From NCBI GenBank assembly GCA_016713525.1, contig JADJOZ010000007.1:95033-159032 (forward strand): a DNA stretch of 64,000 nt, read 5' to 3'. Shown piece by piece: positions 1 through 10,464 of this stretch. Every line of letters starts with the position of its first letter. Within the stretch, counting starts at the first letter, position 1. The position numbers were made by a program, and so were the translations under genes. The DNA is from Bacteroidota bacterium (GTDB lineage Bacteria > Bacteroidota > Bacteroidia > AKYH767-A > OLB10). The notes beneath the pieces are model-generated. The model was not told where the DNA came from and did not search any database. It worked only from the letters and a program-made list of their open reading frames with translations.

Positions 1-158
1 GCGCAAAATCTGTTTACGATTTCCTGATTAAATCTGGAATCACTTCATCCCGATTATCTTACGGAGGATTCGGGCAAACAAAACCGGTTGTTTCGAATGA
101 AAATGAGGAAGGAAGATCTAAAAACAGACGTACTGAGTTTGTAATTATGAATAACTGA
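1..158 (+). CDS. OmpA-family protein, C-terminal fragment (5' end outside window)
   Basis: Frame 3 translates to ...SGITSSRLSYGGFGQTKPV...NRRTEFVIMNN*, the OmpA C-terminal peptidoglycan-binding signature (NRRTEF); stop at 156-158. Confidence 0.55.
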   Translation, partial: AKSVYDFLIKSGITSSRLSYGGFGQTKPVVSNENEEGRSKNRRTEFVIMNN

Positions 159-842
159 TTATTCACCCTTACTTTCGCCACCAAACAGTTTCATCATTTC
201 TTCCTGTGACATAATTTTATAATCAGCAGGAATTTTAAACAAATCTTCTGAAACTTTTTCAGCGGTTACCGATTTTGCAACCAATCGCATTTTCATTCCT
301 GCCTGATCAATTGAAAATTCAAGCGGACAACCATTTAAATCTTTCCATTCAGTCGACATCTGAGCATAAGAACTGATTTTATCTGTAAAGTAAACTTCAA
401 ATGAAGTTCCTGACCCATCGTTTAAAATTGCCTTTTTACAGGTGTATCCGGCAATTTCCTTAACTTCATCAGTAACTGTTACCTGCACCTTTTCCAATTC
501 ACTCTTCTTTTTTGCATCGGCCAGCATTTCATCAGTAGTAACTATCGCCGATTTCGTGCCCATCATATCCATTAATGTAGTTGTATGACCTGTCTTTTTA
601 TCAACTATTGCTGCTGAACTCATCCCCATTCCCATCGATGATTCTGTACGTGAAAATTTCTCATTGAAATAAACAACAGATTCGGTTGGAAGCATTGCAG
701 CCATTTTCGAATCCAATTCCATATCCGGAAAAGTGATTTCATAAACTAGTTTTCCTTCAGAAATTACTTTTTGAGCAAAAACATTACCATTCGCAACTAT
801 CTGAAATGTAATACAGGCAAAATATAAAATGAACTTTTTCAT
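159..842 (-). CDS. secreted/lipoprotein of unknown function (paralog 1 of tandem pair)
   Basis: 227-aa ORF with N-terminal signal peptide; shares K(I/L)VYE(V/I)TF...EIAGY(T/K)CKKA... motifs with the adjacent ORF 894-1589. Confidence 0.5.
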   Translation of the reverse strand: MKKFILYFACITFQIVANGNVFAQKVISEGKLVYEITFPDMELDSKMAAMLPTESVVYFNEKFSRTESSMGMGMSSAAIVDKKTGHTTTLMDMMGTKSAIVTTDEMLADAKKKSELEKVQVTVTDEVKEIAGYTCKKAILNDGSGTSFEVYFTDKISSYAQMSTEWKDLNGCPLEFSIDQAGMKMRLVAKSVTAEKVSEDLFKIPADYKIMSQEEMMKLFGGESKGE

Positions 843-893
843 AAAATGGTTTTAAGAGATTTTCAGTTATGCCATTGCTACTTCCCAATATTG

Positions 894-1589
894 TTACATG
901 GTAAGTTTCATATCTTTTGGATCAGTAAACACTTCATAGCCTTCAGGGACTGTATACAAGGACACATCATTTTTCCCCGCAACAATTTCTTTAGCTTTCA
1001 GATTCATTACCATATCACCAAAACGAATAGAATACTCCATTAACATGCCATCAATATCGCGGAAAGGTGAACTCCAGTTTGGAGATTGCACATTAAAATC
1101 TTCGGTGTAATAAACAGGGTATGAATTGTTGGTACTATCTGTTACCATTGCCTGCTTGCATTTAATGCCGGCAATTTCTTTTGTTTCTCCTGTATGAACC
1201 ACCTTCAATTCAACTCTGTCGGAATAGTTTTGAGCCACCTGATTTTTATCAAGAACCAATGCCATCTTTTTTCCCATAGCTGAAACCAGGGTTGTGTATT
1301 TAAATGCCATTGCATCTGAAATGAGTCGGGTTTCCATCATATTCATCCCCATAGAGATAACAGTACAGGTTTTTCCGCCACTAAAATAGGTTGTAACCTC
1401 GCCGGGAAGTAATGCTTTCATCATCGGATTAATGTCGGCCGATTCGAAAGTTACTTCATATACAATTTTCCCTTCCTCTAAACCCGCATGAAGCCCTGAT
1501 TTACATCCATAAGGAATTAACCCGGAGATCAAAAAAAGTGCTGTGAGCACCAATCCCGTTAACCTGCCTGTATTTTGCTTATTTACCAT
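894..1589 (-). CDS. secreted/lipoprotein of unknown function (paralog 2 of tandem pair)
   Basis: 231-aa ORF with signal peptide; clear paralogy to ORF 159-842 (KIVYEVTF, ETKEIAGIKCKQAMV). Confidence 0.5.
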   Translation of the reverse strand: MVNKQNTGRLTGLVLTALFLISGLIPYGCKSGLHAGLEEGKIVYEVTFESADINPMMKALLPGEVTTYFSGGKTCTVISMGMNMMETRLISDAMAFKYTTLVSAMGKKMALVLDKNQVAQNYSDRVELKVVHTGETKEIAGIKCKQAMVTDSTNNSYPVYYTEDFNVQSPNWSSPFRDIDGMLMEYSIRFGDMVMNLKAKEIVAGKNDVSLYTVPEGYEVFTDPKDMKLTM

Positions 1590-1635
1590 AGCTTTATTAT
1601 TTTCCCTATTACGGGAGATTCAAAATTACAAAATT

Positions 1636-2346
1636 CTAGTCAGTTGTAATCTGTCGCCAAACATTCATAAGAACTTGACTATCAATAACATGCTGACCTT
1701 CAAAAAATACTTCATTGACCCTAAACCCTTTTTGTGACAATTCTTTACTCCGTTCAATTGCCTGAGCTACCGGAATAAACTGGTCATCAGAACTATAAAC
1801 AAAAGTAACAATAGGAAAATTCGAAGCAATGTCAACAATTTCAGATGCCAAATCACCACACCAGGCTACAAAATTTAATGGTTTTACAGTTTTATTGGCA
1901 ATCCATCGGGATGCCGTTGCTACTCCCTGAGAAAACCCCAGAATGTTCACCTTACAGGATGGTTGTCGGATCACATCTAATATGTGCAGATGTAAGTCAT
2001 TTAAATACCTGACATAATCTTCAATATCATCCAAACGGTCATCTTTGGTCATCCATGATGCCACAACATCTCCGGAAAAGCCTTTCCTGTAAAACCGGGA
2101 TAATCCCTCAGGAGCAATGATAATTCTTCCGGGTTGTGCCAATACTTCAAATTCATTGATGAACTCAGATGCTTGCATCCCATATCCATGTAATACATAA
2201 ATTATTTCATTTGTTAATGACTGTAAATCACCCATATAAAAATAGCGGGCTTTCTTTGTAATCAACAGGTTTCCTTTTAGTACAAAATTCATGATACGAA
2301 AATAGTCTCTTTCAATCGTAATTACTATTTTTATTGCCTCAAACAA
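1636..2346 (-). CDS. alpha/beta-hydrolase fold esterase (phospholipase/carboxylesterase family)
   Basis: 236 aa; nucleophile elbow GFSQG; HGYG motif near N-terminus. Confidence 0.6.
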   Translation of the reverse strand: MFEAIKIVITIERDYFRIMNFVLKGNLLITKKARYFYMGDLQSLTNEIIYVLHGYGMQASEFINEFEVLAQPGRIIIAPEGLSRFYRKGFSGDVVASWMTKDDRLDDIEDYVRYLNDLHLHILDVIRQPSCKVNILGFSQGVATASRWIANKTVKPLNFVAWCGDLASEIVDIASNFPIVTFVYSSDDQFIPVAQAIERSKELSQKGFRVNEVFFEGQHVIDSQVLMNVWRQITTD

Positions 2347-4532
2347 TTCTATCCATTATGAAAAATATAAAAATAACCATGCTTTGCGGATTGCTGCTTT
2401 TAACCTCATTTGTTAGCGCTCAAAACAGCCAACTGAAACTGGAAGATATCTGGGCAAGCCGACAATTTACGTCATCGGGATTAGGAGAAGTACGTTCTAT
2501 GAAAGATGGAATTCATTTTACTGAGATGGTGAGCAATGCTGGTATTCAATATATCACCAAATTAGAATTCAAAACCGGTAATACAAAAGATACCATTTGG
2601 AGTTCAGCTTCCGATAAAAGTCAGGAGAAAAAAATGGAGATCAGCAATTACCAATTTAGTGCTGATGAAACCAAACTATTATTAGAAACCGAATCAGAGC
2701 CTATCTATCGGCACTCTACTAAATCTAATAACTATGTATACGACGTTGCTGCAAAAAGCACCGTTGCAGTATCGAAAAACGGGAAACAGCAATATGCAAG
2801 TTTTTCACCTGATGGGAAATCAGTTTGTTTTGTGCGAGACAACAATTTATATTTGGTTAACCTCTCCACAAATCAGGAAACTCAAATTACTTCTGATGGT
2901 AAAAGAAATGAAATTATTAATGGTGCAACTGATTGGGTTTATGAAGAAGAATTTTCATTCGACAAAGGTTTCCAATGGTCACCTGATGGAAAATCAATTG
3001 CCTACTACCGTTTCGATGAATCTGCAGTTAAAGAATTTAATCTAACCTATTATGGTACTCTATATCCTAAAGAAGAAAAATATAAATATCCAAAAGCGGG
3101 TGAAACCAATTCCACAGTCGAAATTTACATCTATAACGTAGCTTCGGGTAAAGCTGTGAAAGCAGATGTTAACAAGGAAGCTGATCAATATATCCCACGT
3201 ATCAAATGGACATCAGATAATTCGAAACTCTGTGTGATGCGTTTGAATCGCTTGCAAAACCTGCTCGAATTATATGCTGTTAATTCATCCACAGGAAAAT
3301 CTGAACTTATGTTCAGCGAATCAAATAAAGCCTATATTGAGATTACGGATCATCTAACTTTCATGAAAAAATCAAATGAATTTATATGGACCAGTACCTT
3401 AGATGGATTTAATCATATTTATCTTTATGATCTCAATGGTAAGTTAAAACAACAAATTACCAAAGGCAAATGGGATGTAACTGACTTCTATGGGTATGAT
3501 GAAGCATCCGGAACATACTATTTTCAGGCAGCTATGAATAGTCCAATGGAAAAGCAAGTTTATGCTGTTTCAAAAGGTGGCACTCCCCGATTAATCAGTC
3601 CTTCAACTGGAACAAGTGATGCTAAATTCAGTGCTAATTTTAAATTCTATTTCATTACGAATTCTAAAATCGATCAGCCTCACATAGTAACATTGCACAT
3701 CTGGAGTGGTAAACAGGTACGAGTAATCAAGGACAACAAGAAAGTTTCTGAATCAATGTCGGGATATAATCTTTCTAAAACTGAATTCTTCAACTTCACT
3801 ACCAGTGAAGGAGTTTCATTGAATGGCTGGATGATAAAGCCTACGGACTTTAATCCGTCGAAAAAATATCCGGTTTTTCAATACATGTATGGTGGACCAA
3901 ACAGTCAAACTGTAAAAAATGAATGGTTAGGTCCCAATTACTTTTGGTTTCAGATGCTTGCTCAAAATGGATACATCATTGTAAGTGTCGATAATAGGGG
4001 AACGGGAGCACGTGGTGAAGCCTTCAATAAATGCATCTATAAACAATTGGGCAAACTCGAAACCATCGATCAGATTGAGGTTGCAAAATGGATGGGCAAA
4101 CAAACTTATGTTGATGCATCCCGAATCGGAGCTTTTGGCTGGAGTTATGGTGGTTACATGACTTCCTTATTAATGACTAAAGGGGCAGATTATTTCAAAG
4201 CCGCCATAGCCGTTGCGCCGGTCACAAACTGGAGATATTACGATACCATCTACACAGAAAGATATCTGCAAACCCCACAGATGAATGCAACAGGATATGA
4301 TGAAAATTCACCTATCAATTTCACTGATAAACTTAAAGGAAATTACCTGCTGATACATGGAACTTCAGATGACAATGTTCACATGCAAAATTCCATGGAA
4401 ATGGTAACTTCACTGGTTAAGGAAAAGAAACAATTCGATTCTTTTTATTATCCAAATAAAGCCCATGGAATTAGTGGAGTACGCTTACATTTGTATCAGA
4501 AAATGACAAATTTTATACTTGAAAAACTATAA
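2334..4532 (+). CDS. dipeptidyl peptidase IV (S9B prolyl oligopeptidase family)
   Basis: 732 aa with signal peptide; DPP IV N-terminal beta-propeller region; catalytic GWSYGGYMT serine motif; C-terminal D/H of triad region. Confidence 0.85.
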   Translation: MPQTILSIMKNIKITMLCGLLLLTSFVSAQNSQLKLEDIWASRQFTSSGLGEVRSMKDGIHFTEMVSNAGIQYITKLEFKTGNTKDTIWSSASDKSQEKKMEISNYQFSADETKLLLETESEPIYRHSTKSNNYVYDVAAKSTVAVSKNGKQQYASFSPDGKSVCFVRDNNLYLVNLSTNQETQITSDGKRNEIINGATDWVYEEEFSFDKGFQWSPDGKSIAYYRFDESAVKEFNLTYYGTLYPKEEKYKYPKAGETNSTVEIYIYNVASGKAVKADVNKEADQYIPRIKWTSDNSKLCVMRLNRLQNLLELYAVNSSTGKSELMFSESNKAYIEITDHLTFMKKSNEFIWTSTLDGFNHIYLYDLNGKLKQQITKGKWDVTDFYGYDEASGTYYFQAAMNSPMEKQVYAVSKGGTPRLISPSTGTSDAKFSANFKFYFITNSKIDQPHIVTLHIWSGKQVRVIKDNKKVSESMSGYNLSKTEFFNFTTSEGVSLNGWMIKPTDFNPSKKYPVFQYMYGGPNSQTVKNEWLGPNYFWFQMLAQNGYIIVSVDNRGTGARGEAFNKCIYKQLGKLETIDQIEVAKWMGKQTYVDASRIGAFGWSYGGYMTSLLMTKGADYFKAAIAVAPVTNWRYYDTIYTERYLQTPQMNATGYDENSPINFTDKLKGNYLLIHGTSDDNVHMQNSMEMVTSLVKEKKQFDSFYYPNKAHGISGVRLHLYQKMTNFILEKL

Positions 4533-4534
4533 GA

Positions 4535-5161
4535 TCAACGTTTGTATTCTTCCTGGAATTCAGTCACCAAAGTGCTCAGCTCATTTACTAAATCAGGATT
4601 TAATTCAAATCCATTAAGATTTAATGTAATTTGTTTTCCGGAATGAAGGAGAAGATGTAGTTTATCTCCGATCAATTTAAATGAATTAATTTCATTCAAT
4701 GGTATTTCAATTTTCCGGTTGAATAGAGATCGTTTAAATGCAACTTTTTTCCGATCTATTTCGAATCCTGTTTTTGCCTTTGATTCAGGAAACATGACTC
4801 CTTTAAAAATCATCACCAATGCTCCTATAAACAACAAATGAGCAGGTTGAAATCCCTTTTCAGGTTTATACATCCAGGCACCCTGAGCAATCAGTAACAT
4901 TCCGGAAAACATCATGGATGTATCGAGTCCCATCCACTTGCCCGAACCGGGACTTTTGTAATCTTTTACAGAACCATAAATAATAACAATTCCAGTAGCT
5001 GCTGTACCTATGCGTAGCAACATTCCTCCTACTGTTTCAGAATTTGCAGAAAGCGCAGTCAAAATCAGCAGGATTGCAGGCGTAACAGCTTGAACCATCA
5101 GACCGAACCGCCTTCTTCGGTTTGGCTTTAATGGCAAATAAACACTTTCGGTTTCACTCAT
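4535..5161 (-). CDS. membrane protein of unknown function
   Basis: 208 aa; several predicted TM helices followed by a soluble C-terminal domain. Confidence 0.45.
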   Translation of the reverse strand: MSETESVYLPLKPNRRRRFGLMVQAVTPAILLILTALSANSETVGGMLLRIGTAATGIVIIYGSVKDYKSPGSGKWMGLDTSMMFSGMLLIAQGAWMYKPEKGFQPAHLLFIGALVMIFKGVMFPESKAKTGFEIDRKKVAFKRSLFNRKIEIPLNEINSFKLIGDKLHLLLHSGKQITLNLNGFELNPDLVNELSTLVTEFQEEYKR

Positions 5162-5203
5162 TTTACTCTCATAATTAATACTTTACAAATAACGGCAAAT
5201 TAA

Positions 5204-5211
5204 CTCTAACT
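5204..5211 (+). promoter_or_regulatory. Bacteroidota sigma-A -7 box (TAACTTTG) upstream of ytxJ
   Basis: Exact TAnnTTTG consensus 8 nt upstream of the ATG at 5219. Confidence 0.3.
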
Positions 5212-5218
5212 TTGCAAC

Positions 5219-5542
5219 ATGAAATGGATTGAAATAAATAACACCAGAGAACTGGAACAATATCTTGAAGCAGACAAAACGAAACCTTTAATCATTTTCA
5301 AACACAGCACTCGATGCAGCGTAAGTCGTATGTCTAAGCAACTTTTCGAAGGGGAATGGAAAAATGATAAAGAAGTTTACCTGATCAATGTTGTTGAAAA
5401 CCGGGAAACAAGCAATTCTGTTGCTTCCAAATTCAAAATTCAACATGAATCACCTCAAATTCTGGTGATTAAGGATGGGAGATGCATTTACAATGCTTCT
5501 CATTCCATGATTGATGCCAATACGGTATCAGGCTATATGTGA
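5219..5542 (+). CDS. ytxJ: bacillithiol-system thioredoxin-like protein YtxJ (DUF2847)
   Basis: 107 aa; single Cys in TRCSVS (TCPIS-like) context; size and adjacency to bshC. Confidence 0.55.
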   Translation: MKWIEINNTRELEQYLEADKTKPLIIFKHSTRCSVSRMSKQLFEGEWKNDKEVYLINVVENRETSNSVASKFKIQHESPQILVIKDGRCIYNASHSMIDANTVSGYM

Positions 5543-5544
5543 TT

Positions 5545-7086
5545 TCAGAACCACCGCGATGCTTTCTTTCTTCGTGTGGAACTAACTCCCAACACCCCTA
5601 ATAAACCGCGTGTTAACTCCCTGGCAACTGTTCTCATTACTTGTCTTCCCACGGTGCTGTCAACTGCCTCTCCAATAACCGATTTTTCTCCTTTCGAAGT
5701 TTTCTTTCCTGAAGTTTCATCTGTTTGCTTTCCGGGAGTTACTGAAATTTTTTCCGACAACATTTCGTAAGCACTATCACGGTCAATTTCCTCATTATAT
5801 TTCTTCACAAGCGCCGAAGAAGATATTAATTCATTAATCTCATTCTCACTTAATATATCCATCCTTGATGAAGGTGCACAAAGTAATGTATGCACTAATG
5901 GAGTAGGCACTCCTTTTTCACTAAGTGCAGTAACCAGAGCCTCTCCTATCCCAAGATGTGTCAGCAAATCTTCGGTTTTATAAAAATCGGAAAGCGGGTA
6001 ATTCTCAGCAACCGACTTTATTGTTTTTCTGTCTTTTGCAGTGAATGCACGCAAGGAATGTTGAATCTTGAGACCTAGCTGCGCCAAAACCGAATCGGGA
6101 ACATCGGTAGGTTGTTGCGTACAAAAAAATACACCTACACCTTTCGATCTGATAAGTTTTATGATGGTTTCAATCTGATCCAATAATGCATTGGAAGCTT
6201 CATTAAAAATTAAATGTGCCTCATCAATAAATATGGCCAACTTTGGTTGTTCAACATCACCTTCTTCAGGAAATGTAGCATAGATTTCAGCAAGCAGACT
6301 TAATATAAAGGTCGAGAACAATTTCGGCTTATCCTGAATGTCAGTCAATCTGATAATATTAAGAGTACCTCTCCCCTTCTCATCAATTCTAGTCAGATCA
6401 TCAGGATCAAACGAACGCTCGCCAAAAAATACTTCCGCACCCTGTTGTTCAATTTCAATTATTTTTCTGATGATGGTAGATGTTGATGCGGAACTGATTC
6501 TTCCATATTCTTTTTCAATTTCTACCTTACCTTCATTGGTCAAAAATTGCAGTGCCTTCTTAAAATCCTTAAGATCCAGCAATGGCAATTCATTATCATC
6601 GCAATATTTAAACACCAATGATACCACTCCACCCTGCGTGTCATTTAATTCAAGGATTTTGGAAAACAAAACAGGTCCGAATTCAGAAACTGTTGCTCTT
6701 AGTCTTGCACCTTTTTCATTAGAGATGGTCAGGAATTCGACAGGAAATGATTCTGGTAACCAGGGCATTCCAATTTTCTGGTGGCGTTCATCGATTTTAG
6801 GATTAGGTTCTCCGGAGGCTGCCACACCACTCAAATCACCCTTTATATCCATTAATAAACAGGGCACTCCTTTTCGGGAAAGCGCTTCAACTAAACCCTG
6901 TAATGTTTTTGTCTTTCCGGTTCCGGTCGCTCCGGCAATCAGTCCATGACGGTTTAAAGTTTTAAGAGGAATTTTAACATGAACACCGGGAACCGATTCA
7001 CCATTTAAGACACCACCTCCTAAAACAATATAATCTCCTTTACAAGTATAACCGGCATTTACCGATTCTATAAATTTATCTTTCAT
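5545..7086 (-). CDS. DUF853 (YjgR/HerA-like) P-loop ATPase
   Basis: 513 aa; Walker A GATGTGKT; FIDEAHLIF Walker B-like region. Confidence 0.7.
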   Translation of the reverse strand: MKDKFIESVNAGYTCKGDYIVLGGGVLNGESVPGVHVKIPLKTLNRHGLIAGATGTGKTKTLQGLVEALSRKGVPCLLMDIKGDLSGVAASGEPNPKIDERHQKIGMPWLPESFPVEFLTISNEKGARLRATVSEFGPVLFSKILELNDTQGGVVSLVFKYCDDNELPLLDLKDFKKALQFLTNEGKVEIEKEYGRISSASTSTIIRKIIEIEQQGAEVFFGERSFDPDDLTRIDEKGRGTLNIIRLTDIQDKPKLFSTFILSLLAEIYATFPEEGDVEQPKLAIFIDEAHLIFNEASNALLDQIETIIKLIRSKGVGVFFCTQQPTDVPDSVLAQLGLKIQHSLRAFTAKDRKTIKSVAENYPLSDFYKTEDLLTHLGIGEALVTALSEKGVPTPLVHTLLCAPSSRMDILSENEINELISSSALVKKYNEEIDRDSAYEMLSEKISVTPGKQTDETSGKKTSKGEKSVIGEAVDSTVGRQVMRTVARELTRGLLGVLGVSSTRRKKASRWF

Positions 7087-7119
7087 AATTAGATGCGATT
7101 TGATTTACGGACTGCTTGC

Positions 7120-8739
7120 TTATTCTTCATCAGTAATTATTAGAAACTCTTTCCTGAATGGATCAGTATGCTGGTACAATTCTATGATAAATGAATTGCC
7201 ATACAATTGAAAAAAAGGCAATCCATTTTCATGTCTTTCCTGAAGTCCATTGCCCGGAAATAATTTTTCCTTCACCGATTTCAACTGATTAACTATGGTT
7301 TCATTTTTCTTCTTAAGAGATCGTCTTGCCTTCTCTTCTAAAGTTTGTATAGCCTTAACTGTTTTTTGTTTTTCCGCTTCAACTGCCGGAACTAATGTTG
7401 CGTCTACCTGCTTATAATTCCCGCTAAGTTCTTCAAACAACTTTAAGATACCCGCCTGCACATGATCGGTATGCAATGGAACTTCGGTACTGTTTTCAAT
7501 AAGATCAAACAGCAACGAATCCGTACTTTTAAAAAGGTCATTTGGTTTTAATCCGATTTTTCTAATTTTAGATAATGTTGAACTGTCTATCACCATCATG
7601 CAATTACGAAGCATCAATACCGGAAACGAAATGTTGAATTTTTCGAACATCAATTTGTACTGCAGCCAGTAGTTCAATTCACCGGGACCGCCAATGTAAG
7701 AAAGGTTCGGCAAGATCTTTTCCTGATACAATGGTCGCATGACCACGTTCGGGCTGAATTTTTGCGGTGCTGCATGTAACGCTTCTCTCAGTTCAGCTTC
7801 AGAAAAACTAATATCACCATTTAGAACCTGAAATGTTCCATTCTCTGACTTCACGATTCGCTCTCGTAAATTGTTGTCGAGATAAAACAAATTTATTTCT
7901 CTGGGTTGAACCTGAACTTTATATTTCAACTGCAGTTGTGCAGAAGTTGACATCACAGCATGGTAAGCAGTGCTTTCAAATATATCCTGCTCCATTTCAG
8001 GAACAAAAAGTTGTTTCAAATCAGGATCATCACCATCAATAATTATCAGTCCGAATGAACCAAAAAGATGATGCATAATTTTCCTTGTAGCCTCTGCCAA
8101 ATTCTGCGATTCTGCATATGCCTTTTCAAAATATTCAAGCATTTCAACAGAATCTCTGAAAACCGCTTTTAGCTCTGAAGCAATTTGCTCAATTCCGTTA
8201 GTGGAAAGTCTGCCGGCAGCACCTTTTGCAGGATAATTCCATTCATATTCTTTTCCAAAACCATGCAGATGATCAATTTCTTCAAAATCGTGATCTTCCG
8301 AAGCCATCCAAAAAACAGGTATGACATTCTTGTCCTGATATTTTTCATTCAGAGAATCTGCCAGTTTTATAGTGGTTAAAATTTTATAAAGAGAATATAA
8401 TGGTCCTGTAAATATATTCAACTGATGGCCCGTGGTAACGGTAAATGTGTTTTCAGAACTTAAGGAATCAATGGCACTTGACGTAATTTTACCGGCATCT
8501 GTATTACTGCCCAACAGATTTTTATATTGATTGTGAAGTGCCTTAACCAATACATCGCGATTACATTCAAATTGCTTTCGTTGATCAAATATTTTGTCAA
8601 ATGAAGCAATTTCAGGAGGCAAATTATAAAAAGGTTTCAATTTGGAATCACCCAACAAATAATCACTTACCAGTGATGAAAACTGATGGGTTTCCTGAAA
8701 TGATATAACCTGATTTTTCATGAGCCTGATTTGGCTCAA
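7120..8739 (-). CDS. bshC: bacillithiol biosynthesis cysteine-adding enzyme BshC
   Basis: 539 aa (typical BshC length); N-terminal ...FSSLVSDYLLGD...FY... pattern; C-terminal coiled-coil region. Confidence 0.65.
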   Translation of the reverse strand: MSQIRLMKNQVISFQETHQFSSLVSDYLLGDSKLKPFYNLPPEIASFDKIFDQRKQFECNRDVLVKALHNQYKNLLGSNTDAGKITSSAIDSLSSENTFTVTTGHQLNIFTGPLYSLYKILTTIKLADSLNEKYQDKNVIPVFWMASEDHDFEEIDHLHGFGKEYEWNYPAKGAAGRLSTNGIEQIASELKAVFRDSVEMLEYFEKAYAESQNLAEATRKIMHHLFGSFGLIIIDGDDPDLKQLFVPEMEQDIFESTAYHAVMSTSAQLQLKYKVQVQPREINLFYLDNNLRERIVKSENGTFQVLNGDISFSEAELREALHAAPQKFSPNVVMRPLYQEKILPNLSYIGGPGELNYWLQYKLMFEKFNISFPVLMLRNCMMVIDSSTLSKIRKIGLKPNDLFKSTDSLLFDLIENSTEVPLHTDHVQAGILKLFEELSGNYKQVDATLVPAVEAEKQKTVKAIQTLEEKARRSLKKKNETIVNQLKSVKEKLFPGNGLQERHENGLPFFQLYGNSFIIELYQHTDPFRKEFLIITDEE

Positions 8740-8779
8740 AGATACTACTTATCCTTGCTTTTCACAGTTTCAGACACTG

Positions 8780-9487
8780 TCATGATACTTTGGGTGCCAT
8801 TTTTTGCCTGTACTTTCTGATCCAGAAAATCAGCAAAGGGGTGCCAACAAATGTAGGCCACAACCAGCTGATCACAGCCGGTAAAAACTGCATATTTACT
8901 GCCGAAAAAGCTGAAACGGTTGCAATATATGCTCCCACGATCACCGACATGTGATGAAACATCCAATTCTTGATATGATAACCAGCTATCGTAAATGATT
9001 TAATATCAGTATAAACGGAACGTGAACCAATAAGTCCAAAGACTACTGAAATGTAACCAAATGGTTCTGAGACATTTTTTGATAAAAGCAGCAACCCAAA
9101 ACCAATTAAAGCCAGGGCAAATATTCCCGAAACTGAAACCAGTATCCAATCAATTAATTTGACATCTGCTATCGAATTTATTTTCTTTCGATATAATGCT
9201 CTGTATCCTGAAGCTGCCAGGTAAAAACTAAAAACTGCAACTAATGCCAGAAACACAGTCGATTTTATAAAGGTCATTACCAGTGCTGAGATGGCTACTA
9301 CAGTCATACTCCAAAAGAAAATCTTACCCCAAAGTCTGTGAGCATTGCCACCCTTCTTAACTACCATAGCAACCGGCGCAACTACTAAAGCCAGAAAACC
9401 GGCAACGATGTGCAAATACAACCAATATTTGAAACTATTTTCCATAATGTGTTTTTGTTTGATGTGACAAATATATAGCATCATCAA
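8780..9487 (-). CDS. polytopic membrane protein of unknown function
   Basis: 235 aa, about 6 TM helices; likely start at internal MENSFKYW. Confidence 0.45.
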   Translation of the reverse strand: MMMLYICHIKQKHIMENSFKYWLYLHIVAGFLALVVAPVAMVVKKGGNAHRLWGKIFFWSMTVVAISALVMTFIKSTVFLALVAVFSFYLAASGYRALYRKKINSIADVKLIDWILVSVSGIFALALIGFGLLLLSKNVSEPFGYISVVFGLIGSRSVYTDIKSFTIAGYHIKNWMFHHMSVIVGAYIATVSAFSAVNMQFLPAVISWLWPTFVGTPLLIFWIRKYRQKMAPKVS

Positions 9488-9558
9488 TCAGGAAATTTCA
9501 CAATGGTATGTATATCAGTATTTTGGGATGAATGGGAGCCAATTTTGGGATAAATGGC

Positions 9559-10464
9559 TCACCGGCCATGAATCCGGGACAAAAGGGACTTTACAGTTGT
9601 TGAGGCACGACGGGAAACCGGAACAGATTCTTCAACATGATCAAAAATTAAGCGGTACCCCTGGCTACTACCAGAAACATTTTTAACATTCCGGATATTA
9701 ACCAAAAAAGCCCGGTGAACTCTGACTACAAATTCAGAGGTATTCATTTCTTCCAAACGCTTGAGTGAACTTCTCAGCAATGCTCGTCTGACAATATTAT
9801 TTTCAATATAAATGATATCTGAATAATTATCGGCAGATTCTGCAAACAGGAACTGATCAGGTGCAAGCAACAGTTCATCTTTACCATTTTCAGAACTAAA
9901 AATCAGTTGGTCATTTTCGAAAGGATCAACCAAAGGGGCTTCCAGATCTTTGTTAATAGATTCAACAACCTTGAGATTCTTATGCAATAAACGGATTCGC
10001 GTTAAAAGCGTAATTATCGTAACCGGGAAAATTGCAACCAATATGGTATATAACTGAAAAGTTAGCAACATGGTTCCACTGATGCCGGTAAAGCCTAAAA
10101 AACTGCTGTAAAAAAGATTCCCTAATCCAATAAGAACAATTGTGATCACTGACCAGATTATATTTTTACCCACGGTCCACTCGCGATCATCAAAAATATT
10201 CGGGAAGGCGGGAATAATTACAAAATCGGCGATTAGAATTACCAAAAATGTGACGGTTCCATATCCAATGAAAACCGGTATTACTTTGTACCAGGGCCAG
10301 TTTAATTCTGACAAACCGAATGGACGAAAAATAGTAAGGAAGAAAACCACAAACAAACTTATCAGTAAACCAGTTCTCAGATGCCTGTTGCGGTCATCCT
10401 CGAGTGGGTATGGATCACGGAATATTTGAGTAAACTTCTGCAAGATGTTCATTGGTAATATCAA
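9559..10464 (-). CDS. membrane-anchored LytTR-family DNA-binding protein
   Basis: N-terminal 4-5 TM helices; C-terminal LytTR motif VVRVHRAFLVNIRNV; probable ATG start at 10452. Confidence 0.6.
   Translation of the reverse strand: MILPMNILQKFTQIFRDPYPLEDDRNRHLRTGLLISLFVVFFLTIFRPFGLSELNWPWYKVIPVFIGYGTVTFLVILIADFVIIPAFPNIFDDREWTVGKNIIWSVITIVLIGLGNLFYSSFLGFTGISGTMLLTFQLYTILVAIFPVTIITLLTRIRLLHKNLKVVESINKDLEAPLVDPFENDQLIFSSENGKDELLLAPDQFLFAESADNYSDIIYIENNIVRRALLRSSLKRLEEMNTSEFVVRVHRAFLVNIRNVKNVSGSSQGYRLIFDHVEESVPVSRRASTTVKSLLSRIHGR

Noticed and set aside
2734-3045. Numerous 60-130-aa ORFs nested inside or antisense to large conserved genes (e.g. 2734-3045, 6338-6949, 21329-21682, 23535-23906, 25599-26000, 29107-29559, 45805-46401, 54248-54589)
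   Set aside because: They lie wholly within well-supported CDSs in other frames or strands, and have low-complexity or biased composition. Treated as spurious.
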